From Trichormus sp. ATA11-4-KO1 (GTDB lineage Bacteria; Cyanobacteriota; Cyanobacteriia; Cyanobacteriales; Nostocaceae): a DNA stretch of 64,000 nt. The stretch covers positions 64,001-128,000 of the forward strand of contig JAHHIM010000055.1 in assembly GCA_019358915.1 (NCBI GenBank). Reading direction: 5' to 3'. A program made the translations under genes and the position numbers. How positions within the stretch are numbered: the first letter of the stretch is position 1; every line of letters starts with the position of its first letter. The notes beneath the pieces were generated by a model. That model worked only from the letters and a program-made list of their open reading frames with translations, ran no database searches and had not been told where the DNA came from. Below, piece by piece: positions 11,592-22,301 of the stretch.

Positions 11592-11676
11592 GGAGAGGTG
11601 GCAGAGTGGTCGATTGCGTCCGACTTGAAATCGGATGAGGCTAAAACCTCCGGGAGTTCGAATCTCCCCCTCTCCG
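11592..11676 (+). tRNA. trnS: tRNA-Ser(TGA)
   Basis: GGAGAGG/CCTCTCC acceptor, anticodon loop CTTGAAA, long variable arm, GTTCGAATC T-loop. Confidence 0.96.
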
Positions 11677-11711
11677 TTTTTGGGAACTAGTAAATAAATT
11701 GGTTGGATAAA

Positions 11712-12560
11712 TCAGCTCTGATTACTGAGCTTGACTAATTGGTCTAACTCTTGCTGCATCTGAGTTACAACTAATTCATAGCATTCATTGACATAGTGGC
11801 GATCGCTAGCCGCTTCCCGACCGTAGCGTTCAAATACAATCGGTGGACAAACCCGCGTTTGAATGGGTACAGGTAATGGAATATTGGGAAGTGGCCCAAT
11901 TCCTAACCCCCAAGGTAACCCTAGATAAATAGGAAAAACTACCGGATCAATCCCAAACAGCCAGGGCATTCCCCACTTGTGAAGTTGCTGCAACATTTGA
12001 TAGATGTCAGCCAGCACAATCAGCGTATCGTGAGCACCACAAGAAATCACAGGGACAATCGGCACATTTTCCCGTAGGGCTAGTTTAATAAATCCTTGTC
12101 GTCCCGCAAAATAAATTTTATTACGCAAATTATGCGGTCGGAAGATATCTTCTGCTCCACCAGGATAAACCAGTACACTCGCTCCAGCACGCAAAGCAGC
12201 ATAAGCCATTTTTGGATGAGCCATAATTGCTCCCATTTTGGCAGCCATTTGGGCAATTTGAGGAGTTAGTTCCCAAACCTTGGGATGCATCAAACCATAG
12301 ACAGGCCGCTCAACACCAAATCTGCAGAACCAGTCATACATCATCATCAGCATATCGGGAGCCGCAAGTCCCCCATTATGAGAACCGACAAATAGGACTT
12401 TCTCCTGGGGGGGAATATGCTGCCAACCATCGGTTTTTACTCGAAAGTAGTAACTATATAAAAAGCTCAATAGGGGCATTATAGATTCAATGAACTTTGG
12501 ATCTCGCTCATCTAAAGTCCAACCGAGTTTTGTATTGTTTTTAAGCGGCTTTTGTAACAT
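11712..12560 (-). CDS. Lysophospholipid/diacylglycerol acyltransferase family protein
   Basis: HNGGLAAPD, YPGGAED, GFIKLAL..VPIVPV motifs. Confidence 0.88.
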   Translation of the reverse strand: MLQKPLKNNTKLGWTLDERDPKFIESIMPLLSFLYSYYFRVKTDGWQHIPPQEKVLFVGSHNGGLAAPDMLMMMYDWFCRFGVERPVYGLMHPKVWELTPQIAQMAAKMGAIMAHPKMAYAALRAGASVLVYPGGAEDIFRPHNLRNKIYFAGRQGFIKLALRENVPIVPVISCGAHDTLIVLADIYQMLQQLHKWGMPWLFGIDPVVFPIYLGLPWGLGIGPLPNIPLPVPIQTRVCPPIVFERYGREAASDRHYVNECYELVVTQMQQELDQLVKLSNQS

Positions 12561-13009
12561 CCAGGCATCTGAACAGGATTACTGAAAGTCTGACTATTGC
12601 TCTTGTTGCGGGTTTAAGCACACGGCATTTACATAGAGATGTTACTTTATAAAGCTACATCTTTAAATTAGCATTTGCTGAAACCATCAAGATTTTTTCC
12701 AACTCTCTTGCTGTAGGAGGTGAAAGAGCAGAACCCCAAAATACGCCAGTCAATATTTTTAGCCGGAATATTGTTTTTGGTGGAACTGCGAATTGTATCA
12801 GTGTTTCATAGTTAAATTATAACTTTTTTTAGTTATTTTTCATACATGTGTTTCTGACTTTCATTGAATCATAACCACGTAATTTTTTTGTATTAATTTT
12901 AACTAATAGCTAAATAAAGCATCTGCAATAAAAGATTTTATTAAATGCCGAAATTATTTATAGATTTTTACTAGTTATACATGAGAGCAGGATTCAACCC
13001 GTCTTTTTT

Positions 13010-13048
13010 ATTTTTAATGAGTTGCCATTTTGGCAACTCATTAAAAAT
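13010..13048. repeat. Perfect inverted repeat (18-bp arms, 3-nt loop) in AT-rich intergenic region
   Basis: ATTTTTAATGAGTTGCCA-TTT-TGGCAACTCATTAAAAAT. Confidence 0.8.
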
Positions 13049-13707
13049 CTTGTGTGATATATTTATAGATATTGCCATAATTAATTATAATTAAAACACT
13101 GAGTAGAAAATAAATTCTTGTTCTTTTTGTTTAGATAAATTGAACTTTTGTAATTATTCTAAATTCCCAATTTTATTGCTACTTCAAGCTGTATCGACGA
13201 GATAATACCCGTTTTTTGTTTTATAAATTTCCTAATGTATTAGGGTATACCGGGATAAATCAATATCAGCTTTTATGCGATTTGGACACATCCCATAGGA
13301 AGATGACTAACCACAAAAATAATAGGTAAATTAATCCGGGATGTTGTTATGCACTGGATTTATAGTGAGGTTTGGTGATGAGCCAAACCTCTTTTATTAT
13401 TCCTATATAAAAAATATTTGGATAAATTCAAGAAAATACAGGAGAGAGAGGGCAAACCCCATACAGAAATGTAGAGTCTTGATATCAGGGTAAGCGGATC
13501 TAATTTTGTAGTGCAACATTTCATTTGATTTAAGAATTTCTCAAGAAATGCTGGTAAGGAACATAGAATTTTTCTGTAAATTGACTTAAAAAAATCTAGT
13601 TAGGGAAGCTTATCTTAAAATCTTCTAGGCAATATCATCAAAGCGGGAGTATAAAAGAAACAATAACAAGCAAAACATACTCTCTGGCTTAACTGAGAAC
13701 TACAATA

Positions 13708-16017
13708 ATGGCAAATCGCTGGCGAAAATCTGCTAAACGAAATCCTCATGCAGATGCGAACAAACGCGTCTCCCCAAAACTTCGGCAAAATTCTCCAAAA
13801 AAGGGTTGGCTATTGTCAACGCTAGCGATCGCTCTTTTGTTGAGCAGTGCTGGATTAATTACGGCTTTTGCCTGGATGAGCATTCTTTTTATATTCAATC
13901 CCGAACAAGTGGGCTGGGTAAATAAATTTTTACCAGAATGGGTGCAAATTCCTCTAAATAATAGCGATCGCCCCCAAAGCCTCAAACAAATTCAAGAAAG
14001 TTTGAGTAAACCACAAATAGCTGGGGAAACCCTACCTCTAGATAATGGGGAACACTCGTTTTTACTACCAGTTTTTCAGCAGCGTCCTAATTGCCAGTCT
14101 GACTGTCAAGAAATTGTGGAACTGAGAGTTTACCAGCGCTCAGAAGATTTAAAATTTTCATCGCAACCAGAAAAGTACTATTATCTGGCAACTCAACTAC
14201 CCATAACTGGGACAGAAGAATCTTTAAGCGATGCAACCTCAGAAGAGTATTTACCATTAACTGAAATCAAACGCTTTGAAAGTGGCGCACCATCACCAGG
14301 GGTGTGGTTTTATTTGCATGGTCAGCGTCAACAAGCAACTAGTGCGATCGCTTACGGTAGAATTATCTACTACAATCCCCAACGTACTAACCTCCAACAG
14401 TTGTTATCCTGGAAAAATCCCAACGGACAATTACCCAAATGGCAACAGGTAACTGGTGGCGGTGCGAATGAGCTAGTTATTGATCAAACAGTAAGTTTAG
14501 AACCCCAGTTAAGTGTTTACCAAGTCCAATCGACTAAGTTTTATCTCAACCCCATTCAACTAGAAGCAATTTCCCTCAAATCACCAGCAATTCAGGATGC
14601 TAATTACCAAAATGCCTTGTTGATTGCTCGTAATGGATTGTGGACACCAGCCTGGGAGTGGTTGCAATTTATTCAGAAACAGCGAAAAGGAGTTTTACCA
14701 GCAACAGCCCAAGCACAAATTGATCTGATCCATTTGCACTCCCAACTGACTAAAGCTCAAGCAGAGAAAAATTGGGCGAGTCCCAGTCAACAAGTATTGG
14801 CAGAGTTGATTGATGGTCGCTGGGCAAAAGCTTTACAAGTGTTTACAGCATCGCCCCAAAATGCTCAAGAAATCGCTACTCTCCTGAAAGCAGATACCGG
14901 ACGGTTATGGAATCGCACAGTGGCAGCATTGCAAGTTAACCCAAATCGACAAGACGTACAAGCTTGGGCAGCTTTGATTTTAGCCGTTCAGCAAGGTGAA
15001 GGACGTGCCAATTCCTGGCTAAATTCCCAACCGCAAGTTACACAAGCCTCTCTTGCCTACATTCAAGGTTTATTAGCACAACTCCAGGGTGAAGTAGCAA
15101 AGTCGCAAATCTCGGCTAATCATCCTAGTCAGATAGTGGGTGCAGTGCAACCCATCTCGCAAATTCAGCCCACCGAGTGGTTGCAACCAGATATCAACGC
15201 AGATTTCACAATCCCAGACAACTACATTTGGTATCGGGTAGAAGTGAGTGCCTTTCATGACGGCAAACGCTGGCTGAGTTTTCCCTTTAAGAATTTGCAA
15301 CCTCCCAAAAATTTCCCAGCCGAGTTTTTTTGGGCAACTTTGGGAATTAATTTCGATCCTGTGATGCAAATAATTGTCTGGCTACCAAATGGAGAACAGC
15401 AAATCACCTCTGCCACTATTAAACGGGTACAGTGGCGAAATGGAGTTTTGCAACTATTGGCATCTGGACAAAAAATCTCTGGACATCAAAATCATACTCT
15501 CCAACCTAGACCTCTAGCCCTGACAAATGCAGCGTTGGAATGGGTGCAGCCATCTCCTATTACCCTGACAGAACTCTATGAAAAAAATCCCCAAGATGTA
15601 GAGGCTATGTTAGAGATTGTATGGCGTTCTTTACAAGAAGCTGGACAAATTCCTATTGGTGATGTGCCTAGCTTTTTGCAGATTCAAGCACAACTCAGTG
15701 ACTGGCCAGTGCAGATGATTGATTTAACAAATAATACTCGGCCGGAAACAGTACTAACTATTTCAGCAGATGCCATTGCTGCTTTGAGGAATATCAACTT
15801 AGGAACTGATGAACCAAAAAAAAATCCGTACCGTCCTCGTACCCTAATCTTGTCTGATAGTGGTAAGGTTATATATACGGATTTTCAAAAAAGTTCCCGA
15901 CAAGCATTAGTAGCGATCGCCAAACTTTCAAACAGTCAATCTCTAGCTTTATTGGTAGAGAATGCTAATAACTACAGCTTACAGCGTTGGTCAGATCAGC
16001 ATCAACGCTTTGAATAG
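13708..16017 (+). CDS. Hypothetical membrane-anchored protein
   Basis: 769-aa ORF, basic N-terminus plus TM helix, several HIP1 sites. Confidence 0.75.
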   Translation: MANRWRKSAKRNPHADANKRVSPKLRQNSPKKGWLLSTLAIALLLSSAGLITAFAWMSILFIFNPEQVGWVNKFLPEWVQIPLNNSDRPQSLKQIQESLSKPQIAGETLPLDNGEHSFLLPVFQQRPNCQSDCQEIVELRVYQRSEDLKFSSQPEKYYYLATQLPITGTEESLSDATSEEYLPLTEIKRFESGAPSPGVWFYLHGQRQQATSAIAYGRIIYYNPQRTNLQQLLSWKNPNGQLPKWQQVTGGGANELVIDQTVSLEPQLSVYQVQSTKFYLNPIQLEAISLKSPAIQDANYQNALLIARNGLWTPAWEWLQFIQKQRKGVLPATAQAQIDLIHLHSQLTKAQAEKNWASPSQQVLAELIDGRWAKALQVFTASPQNAQEIATLLKADTGRLWNRTVAALQVNPNRQDVQAWAALILAVQQGEGRANSWLNSQPQVTQASLAYIQGLLAQLQGEVAKSQISANHPSQIVGAVQPISQIQPTEWLQPDINADFTIPDNYIWYRVEVSAFHDGKRWLSFPFKNLQPPKNFPAEFFWATLGINFDPVMQIIVWLPNGEQQITSATIKRVQWRNGVLQLLASGQKISGHQNHTLQPRPLALTNAALEWVQPSPITLTELYEKNPQDVEAMLEIVWRSLQEAGQIPIGDVPSFLQIQAQLSDWPVQMIDLTNNTRPETVLTISADAIAALRNINLGTDEPKKNPYRPRTLILSDSGKVIYTDFQKSSRQALVAIAKLSNSQSLALLVENANNYSLQRWSDQHQRFE

Positions 16018-16060
16018 CACAACTATAGAACTACTGGCGATCGCTATCATGACAAGTATT

Positions 16061-16252
16061 TTATTCTTCTTGGTTATGATCTGCTAGCCGTTGCTCCTTC
16101 AGGTTTTGTAATTGTTGTAACAGAGAATCTATCTCTGCTTGCAGGTGTTGAAACTTCGCTTGTTGATCATCTTGATAATAAGACTTTGTTAAATCGCTAA
16201 CCCAGAGAGTCTGGGAGTGGCGTTCAGAAACACTAGATGAATAGGTAGGCAT
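16061..16252 (-). CDS. Small coiled-coil hypothetical protein
   Basis: 63-aa ORF with heptad pattern LQAEIDSLLQQLQNL. Confidence 0.6.
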   Translation of the reverse strand: MPTYSSSVSERHSQTLWVSDLTKSYYQDDQQAKFQHLQAEIDSLLQQLQNLKEQRLADHNQEE

Positions 16253-16417
16253 TGTTAACTAAAATCCACAACTCAACTCACACCATTAGTAAATATTATA
16301 ATAATGTAAGTTTAAGGTTTGTTAAACGATTGTATACTTTCAATCATTTACTCTAATAGGTTACTGGTGTTTTCATAAGTGACTGCGATTGTGAAGGCTG
16401 TGTTCCATACTTAAAAA

Positions 16418-16479
16418 AGTGCTGAGTGCTGAGTGCTGAGTGCGCTTGCCCTGAGCGAAGTCGAAGGGGAGTGCTGAGT
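16418..16479. repeat. STRR heptamer (AGTGCTG)n interrupted by an SDR-type element
   Basis: Tandem AGTGCTG copies, then GCTTGCCCTGAGCGAAGTCGAAGGG, then the heptamer resumes. Confidence 0.75.
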
Positions 16480-16749
16480 CAAAGAAGAGGTAGATGAGGA
16501 AGCTCTTACTTCTTCTGCACATCTGCTCGCCTGCACCCCTGCCCATCTGCCCCTATTGGCAGTTATGATAAACTGACGTTCCACATAAAATAAAAATCAT
16601 CAGTTAAGACACTGGCACCACAGGAGATAATATTCTTCTAGAATGAAAAATCTGGAAAATAGGAACTGAAAAGGAGAAATTAACTTTCTTTGTCTTCGTT
16701 ATCCTGGTCTTTCTCATCGCCAATCCTTAGTTAAAAAGTTTTAAAACCC

Positions 16750-17841
16750 GTGACTGTGAGTTTGTCTGTTGCTAAATCTCATCGCCAATCCTGGCCTGGA
16801 CTGATAGAAGCCTATCGTGAGTACTTGCCTGTGAGCGATCAAACGCCTGTTGTTACCTTACTAGAGGGCAATACTCCCTTGATTCCGGTGCCGGCGATCG
16901 CAGAACGCATTGGCAGACAAGTACGTGTGTTTGTAAAATACGATGGTCTTAACCCCACTGGTAGCTTCAAAGACCGGGGGATGACGATGGCTATTTCCAA
17001 GGCGAAGGAAGCAGGGGCTAAGGCAGTGATTTGTGCTAGTACAGGCAATACTTCCGCCGCCGCCGCCGCTTATGCTAGACGTGGCGGGATGAATGCCTTT
17101 GTACTCATCCCCGATGGTTATGTGGCTTTAGGCAAATTGGCACAGGCTTTGCTATATGGTGCAGAAGTTCTGGCAATTAAAGGTAATTTTGACCGCGCCC
17201 TAGAAATTGTGCGCGAGATGGCAGAAAGCTATCCTATCACTTTAGTCAATTCCGTGAATCCCTACCGTCTAGAAGGACAAAAAACAGGAGCATTTGAAGT
17301 GGTAGATGCCCTAGGTAATGCCCCAGACTGGTTGTGCATCCCAGTAGGTAATGCGGGAAATATCACAGCATATTGGATGGGATTTTGTCAATATCATCAA
17401 GCAGGCAAATGCGATCGCCTGCCCCGGATGATGGGATTCCAAGCAGCAGGTGCAGCCCCCTTAGTAAATGGTCAACCAGTAACCCATCCCGAAACCATAG
17501 CTACAGCAATTCGTATTGGTAACCCTGCTAGCTGGGATAAAGCGATCGCTGCCCAATCTGCCAGTCAAGGAAGTTTCAAAGCCGTTACCGACGCAGAGAT
17601 ATTGGATGCGTATAGACTTTTGGCAGCATCTGAAGGCATTTTCTGCGAACCTGCCAGTGCTGCATCTGTTGCTGGGTTATTACAAGTCAAAGATCAAATT
17701 CCTACCGGGGCGACAGTAGTTTGTGTTCTCACTGGTAATGGTCTTAAAGATCCAGATACAGCCATTAAACACAGCCACAGCCAATTTAAACAAGGCATTG
17801 ATGCAGAACTACATGCTGTAGCTAAAGCAATGGGATTTTAG
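16750..17841 (+). CDS. thrC: Threonine synthase
   Basis: [13 protein letters not shown]-lysine motif, [27 protein letters not shown]. Confidence 0.96.
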   Translation: MTVSLSVAKSHRQSWPGLIEAYREYLPVSDQTPVVTLLEGNTPLIPVPAIAERIGRQVRVFVKYDGLNPTGSFKDRGMTMAISKAKEAGAKAVICASTGNTSAAAAAYARRGGMNAFVLIPDGYVALGKLAQALLYGAEVLAIKGNFDRALEIVREMAESYPITLVNSVNPYRLEGQKTGAFEVVDALGNAPDWLCIPVGNAGNITAYWMGFCQYHQAGKCDRLPRMMGFQAAGAAPLVNGQPVTHPETIATAIRIGNPASWDKAIAAQSASQGSFKAVTDAEILDAYRLLAASEGIFCEPASAASVAGLLQVKDQIPTGATVVCVLTGNGLKDPDTAIKHSHSQFKQGIDAELHAVAKAMGF

Positions 17842-17851
17842 CTCAACCTTA

Positions 17852-17885
17852 CTGAGTGCTGAGTGCTGAGTGCTGAGTGCTGAGT
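17852..17885. repeat. STRR heptamer tandem repeat (CTGAGTG)n
   Basis: About 5 tandem copies downstream of thrC. Confidence 0.8.
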
Positions 17886-18223
17886 AAATTAAAAAGGTAG
17901 GAAGTACTGAAGTAATTAGTACATACTACGCCAATTGTGGGTTGTCTTTTAACGAGCGCATTCCTGATGTAATTATTTTTTTATCGCCTGTTTAAAAAAT
18001 AAAAAAGTGGGCATTGCCCATTTAAAGAAGGAAGTGCTGTTGGAGTCAGAAGGCTTGTACTGAGCGTAGCCGAAGTGAAGAAGGAAAATTGGTGGGGGAT
18101 TGAAATCCACCACCAATTGCAGACCACCAAATCATAGATTTTGTGGGGGATTTAAACCCGTTTGGCAAGCAGAAATAAGACTTCTTCCTTCTTTCTTCTT
18201 ACCTCTTCCTTCGTTAAATTAAT

Positions 18224-19405
18224 TTAACCTTTAACACAAATAACTTGCTTGAGTGTGGCAACAACTTCAACTAGATCCGCTTGATTTTTCATCACTTGAT
18301 CTATCGGTTTATAAGCACCAGGAATTTCATCTAAAACACCTGTATCTTTGCGGCATTCTACACCTTGAGTTTGGGTAATCAAATCATCAAGTGTGTAGAC
18401 ATTTTTGGCTTTATTTCTAGACAACAAACGCCCCGCACCATGACTACAAGAACAGAAACTATGGGCATTACCTTTACCCTTAACAATGAAAGATTTTGCT
18501 CCCATTGAACCAGGAATAATACCATAGTCTTCAGTTTGTGCGCGTACTGCACCCTTGCGAGTAACATATACATCTTCGTCAAAATGCACTTCTTTTTCGG
18601 CGTAATTGTGATGACAATTTACCTGTAATAAGGGTTTAGTGGCCTTTCCACCCGCTAGGTGCTTCTCGATGATGTGCTGGAAACGCGCCATCATCACATC
18701 ACGGTTGAAACGTGCGTAATCTTGCGCCCACTGCAAATCATTCCAGTATGCTTGGAATTCTCGCGTACCAGCCACAAAATAAGACAAATCGGGATCAGGC
18801 AATTTATTACCTGCCATTTTGGCTAATTCTTTAGCTGTGTGAATATGGCATTGAGCTAACTTGTTTCCAATGTTGCGCGAACCAGAATGCAACATTAGCC
18901 AAACTTGGTTTTCTGTATCGAGGCAGACTTCAATAAAATGATTTCCGCCACCAAGAGAACCCATTTGTTTCATTGCTTTGCGTTGCAAATCTTGCACACC
19001 CGGATGTAAATCAGAAAAATCACGCCAGCGTTGCCAATTGGTGGCAGATTTTTCCACATCTTTATTTTCGTTAAAACCAGTAGGAATTGCTGCTTCAATA
19101 TCCAAACGAATTTTCTTTAACTTGCCTTCCAGTTGTTCAGCAGTAAATGGAGTTTTGATAGCACACATACCGCAACCAATATCCACCCCCACAGCAGCCG
19201 GGATGATTGCTTCTTTGGTGGCAATTACAGAACCTACCAAAGCGCCTTTACCTAAGTGAACATCTGGCATTAAGGCTACATGCTTAAATACAAATGGTAG
19301 GGATGCTACATTTTTTGCCATCTTGGTTTCTTCCGATCCTAAAGGATGATTTGCCCAAGATAAAACAGGCGCTGGTGTAGTAATTTCTAACTTTTCGTAA
19401 GGCAT
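18224..19405 (-). CDS. rtcB: RtcB family RNA ligase
   Basis: MPDVHLG, VGVDIGCG, GSLGGGNHF, HSGSR, HHN, RKGA, PGSMG, HGAGR, DEIPGAYK, terminal VKG. Confidence 0.95.
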   Translation of the reverse strand: MPYEKLEITTPAPVLSWANHPLGSEETKMAKNVASLPFVFKHVALMPDVHLGKGALVGSVIATKEAIIPAAVGVDIGCGMCAIKTPFTAEQLEGKLKKIRLDIEAAIPTGFNENKDVEKSATNWQRWRDFSDLHPGVQDLQRKAMKQMGSLGGGNHFIEVCLDTENQVWLMLHSGSRNIGNKLAQCHIHTAKELAKMAGNKLPDPDLSYFVAGTREFQAYWNDLQWAQDYARFNRDVMMARFQHIIEKHLAGGKATKPLLQVNCHHNYAEKEVHFDEDVYVTRKGAVRAQTEDYGIIPGSMGAKSFIVKGKGNAHSFCSCSHGAGRLLSRNKAKNVYTLDDLITQTQGVECRKDTGVLDEIPGAYKPIDQVMKNQADLVEVVATLKQVICVKG

Positions 19406-19505
19406 AATTTTCTCTACTTTAAATTTTTTATCCTAAATTTAGGCGCAGGTGCCAAATTTTATACTTTAATTTGTGAATAACATTACAGTTTTGAGATAGT
19501 AGTAT

Positions 19506-19527
19506 TTGTATTACAATTGTAATACAA
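19506..19527. promoter_or_regulatory. Perfect 22-bp palindrome overlapping the putative rtcB -10 box
   Basis: TTGTATTACAATTGTAATACAA; minus-strand TTGACA (19545-19540) lies 18 bp upstream of TACAAT inside the palindrome. Confidence 0.55.
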
Positions 19528-19628
19528 GAGTATTTCTAATGTCAACGCGATCGCTTGACAGAGAAAAGCAGATCGTCTCAGATAAGATGAATTAAAATTT
19601 GTAAAGAAAATGACTCTGGTTCCATCCT

Positions 19629-20525
19629 ATGGCAGTACGTCAAGATACTATTTGGGAAAATTTTCTATCTCCTGTAGTGCGTCTGTTGATTGATGAGGAG
19701 AAGTTGCGGCGTTACGCTGATAGTATTGACTGGGAGCAAGAGAGCGATCGCTTGCGAATATCTGATATCATTATTCCCTCATATTACAGTAGCCAAAACT
19801 TTCATGGTATTGAGGGCGGTTATCTCAACCCCCGTGCTGCGGTTTCCTACGATCCCATTACCCAATACGTTCTATTCCCTAACGAAACAGTAGTGCGTCA
19901 AACTTTGATTGATGCTATCAAAGTGCAACCACGACGCATACTAGATTTAGGCTGTGGTACAGGTTCCACTAGCTTGATGTTAAAACAGGCATTCCCCCAA
20001 GCAGAAGTTATCGGCTTGGATTTATCACCGTACATGCTAGTAAGAGCAGAAGACAAAGCTAGAAGTGTTGGTGTAGATATACTCTGGCAACACGGCAATG
20101 CTGAACAAACCAGTTTCAGTGATGCTACTTTTGACTTAATAACTGCTTCTTTACTATTTCATGAAACACCAAATGTAGTATGCCAAACAATTCTGCGGGA
20201 AAGCTTCCGATTGCTGGTAACTGGTGGACAGGTATTGATTCTCGATGGTAATCAAAATACCCTACGTCAGCTAGATTGGCTCAATGATGTATTTGAAGAG
20301 CCGTATATTCGTGAGTATGCTGCTGGTAGTTTAGATGCCAATATGGGTGCAGCTGGGTTTGAAGCAGTGCGAACTCAAGATGTATGGTGGATAAATCAGG
20401 TAACTAGCGGAGTGAAACCGATTTCCCATCATGCAAGGCAGTACATACCCACACCGACAGATACCACAATAGATAATAATGATTTGGAGGACTTCGGATC
20501 TCCCGTGTTTGGCATAATAGCATGA
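19629..20525 (+). CDS. Class I SAM-dependent methyltransferase
   Basis: ILDLGCGTG motif I, GLDLS, FDLI, LFHE. Confidence 0.9.
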   Translation: MAVRQDTIWENFLSPVVRLLIDEEKLRRYADSIDWEQESDRLRISDIIIPSYYSSQNFHGIEGGYLNPRAAVSYDPITQYVLFPNETVVRQTLIDAIKVQPRRILDLGCGTGSTSLMLKQAFPQAEVIGLDLSPYMLVRAEDKARSVGVDILWQHGNAEQTSFSDATFDLITASLLFHETPNVVCQTILRESFRLLVTGGQVLILDGNQNTLRQLDWLNDVFEEPYIREYAAGSLDANMGAAGFEAVRTQDVWWINQVTSGVKPISHHARQYIPTPTDTTIDNNDLEDFGSPVFGIIA

Positions 20526-21250
20526 GTTTAAAGGCAGTTTTATTTGATTTTAATGGTGTCATTATTAACGATGAGCGCATCCACCTACAATTGATAGATG
20601 AAATTCTCATTCAAGAAAATCTCCAACCACAAAAGGTGAGTGAGCGTCAAGCTTCTTTAGGACGCAGCGATCACGCTTGTTTTCAAGAACTGCTCACTAG
20701 CCGTGGTAGAGTTGCTAGCGAAGACTATTTAACGCAGTTGTTGCACCGCAAAGCACAAGCTTATGTGCGGGAAATAGAGAAATTAGAAAAACTGCCTTTA
20801 TATCCAGGTATAGAAGACTTAATATATCAGGTGCGATTGTGTAGTCTTAGACTAGGCTTAGTCAGTGGCGCTATTCGTCAAGAAATAGAAATGGTACTTA
20901 AACGCGCCAATCTAGCTGATTATTTTACAGTGATTGTAGCGGGTGATGATATTACCACCAGTAAACCCCAACCCGATGGTTATTTGCTAGCAATGGAAAG
21001 ATTTAATCAAATATATCCCGATTTGCATCTAAAACCACAAGAGTGTCTAGCAATTGAAGATACACTACCAGGAATTCAAGCGGCAAAACAAGCGCAAATG
21101 CAAGTAGTTGGTGTAGCGAATACCTACCCATTTCATATGCTTCAGCGTTGCTGTAACTGGACTGTAGATTATCTCATTGATTTAGAATTGGCACGGGTGC
21201 AGGAAGTTTATTCACAAAAAGAGCTTCAGCCTACTGTCGGGGAGTGTTAA
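20522..21250 (+). CDS. HAD-superfamily hydrolase
   Basis: FDFNGVI motif I variant, KPQPD, IEDT..GI.AA. Confidence 0.88.
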   Translation: MSLKAVLFDFNGVIINDERIHLQLIDEILIQENLQPQKVSERQASLGRSDHACFQELLTSRGRVASEDYLTQLLHRKAQAYVREIEKLEKLPLYPGIEDLIYQVRLCSLRLGLVSGAIRQEIEMVLKRANLADYFTVIVAGDDITTSKPQPDGYLLAMERFNQIYPDLHLKPQECLAIEDTLPGIQAAKQAQMQVVGVANTYPFHMLQRCCNWTVDYLIDLELARVQEVYSQKELQPTVGEC

Positions 21251-21300
21251 AATATTCTTTGGTAGTTAAATGTCGATTTTAGGGCACATAGCTCAATCAA

Positions 21301-21373
21301 GGGGAATTAGCTCAGCTGGTAGAGCGCTGCGATCGCACCGCAGAGGTCAGGGATTCGAGTTCCCTATTCTCCA
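21301..21373 (+). tRNA. trnA: tRNA-Ala(CGC), probable prophage integration site
   Basis: GGGGAAT/ATTCTCC acceptor with G3-U70, anticodon loop ATCGCAC; phage genes start 64 bp downstream. Confidence 0.93.
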
Positions 21374-21436
21374 TTTTGACATTAAATGTTAGCTTTATTA
21401 ACCCCGCTTGCTGTCCTAATGTTGTCTTAAAGAATA

Positions 21437-21778
21437 TCACAGTATTACTTGTATTTCTCCGTCCTGTTCATCAACCTGATAAAAACAAGTAATAGGGATT
21501 TCCCCGTCTTCCCCTAAGTACCCTACAAGCCTAAATGTTACGCCAGGGTATTGAGATAGCCCTAGTGTTAGGCTTTGCTCTAGTGACCTCAAGAGCCTGG
21601 GCAGGTCAGATACCACAGTAAACTCAACCCCACCTATACCAAAGTCGGGGGTCATCACCCTTTCTTCATATGTAGTCTGTAATATGTGCGCTATGACCTC
21701 AGGTATGGTTCTATCATACTCAGAGGTTAACTGTACTGTACCGTTTAGTATAGTTATAGGGTATTTAAAAGTAGTCAT
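21437..21778 (-). CDS. Baseplate wedge subunit, gp25/GPW-like
   Basis: IAHILQT..EERVMTPDFG motif (cf. GER.MRP.FG of gp25 family); 113 aa. Confidence 0.75.
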   Translation of the reverse strand: MTTFKYPITILNGTVQLTSEYDRTIPEVIAHILQTTYEERVMTPDFGIGGVEFTVVSDLPRLLRSLEQSLTLGLSQYPGVTFRLVGYLGEDGEIPITCFYQVDEQDGEIQVIL

Positions 21779-21833
21779 AGTTTACCTATATTTAGTCAGG
21801 TTGACTAAGTACCAATAACCATTGAGGTAACTT

Positions 21834-22004
21834 ATGATTGTTAGTCCTGATAGACTTTATCGCGTACTTGAACACTTGGATTCAGCCCTAGCCGAGTTAC
21901 AGGAAGCATCTGTAGAATCGCCGACTGACCGTACACTTCGCAGGGTTATTACTATTGTCATTACAGCCTTAGCTGTACTACGGTTTTACGTGGCTACTAA
22001 CTAG
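21834..22004 (+). CDS. 56-aa phage protein (not in ORF track), paralog of 29255-29488
   Basis: GAGG RBS, ATG 21834, MIVSPDRLYRVLEHLDSALAELQEASVESPTDRTLRRVITIVITALAVLRFYVATN. Confidence 0.55.
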   Translation: MIVSPDRLYRVLEHLDSALAELQEASVESPTDRTLRRVITIVITALAVLRFYVATN

Positions 22005-22035
22005 GGTTGACAGTTAAGGTTAACCTGGTTATAAT
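22004..22035 (+). promoter_or_regulatory. Consensus sigma70 promoter with overlapping phage operator (type example)
   Basis: TTGACA(22007)-17 bp-TATAAT(22030); GGTTGAC-AGTTAAG-GTTAACC spans the -35 box. Confidence 0.8.
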
Positions 22036-22064
22036 ATTATTTATAATACTAGGTTAACTGATTT

Positions 22065-22301
22065 ATGGAACTCGTTAGAGATAATAAACCCGCGCCTGTT
22101 TACCCGTTGGAAGTGGCGAGAGAGTTGCCAGCAGGGGTTATCAGAGCATTTTGGCACCCTGAATATGGTAGACTATACCTATGGGATGACGTTAAGTATG
22201 CGTTTGATTATGAGGGTAAAACGGGTAACTCAGTAGTAAGATACATGAAAGGTAACTTACAAAATCCCGCTCTGGGTCTCCTCTGGCTAGAGAGAGAGTG
22301 A
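22065..22301 (+). CDS. Phage hypothetical protein (early)
   Basis: ORF directly behind the promoter at 22007. Confidence 0.6.
   Translation: MELVRDNKPAPVYPLEVARELPAGVIRAFWHPEYGRLYLWDDVKYAFDYEGKTGNSVVRYMKGNLQNPALGLLWLERE

Noticed and set aside
18224..19405. rtcB as part of the phage RNA system
   Set aside because: It lies in host sequence upstream of the integration tRNA; nothing links it to the prophage
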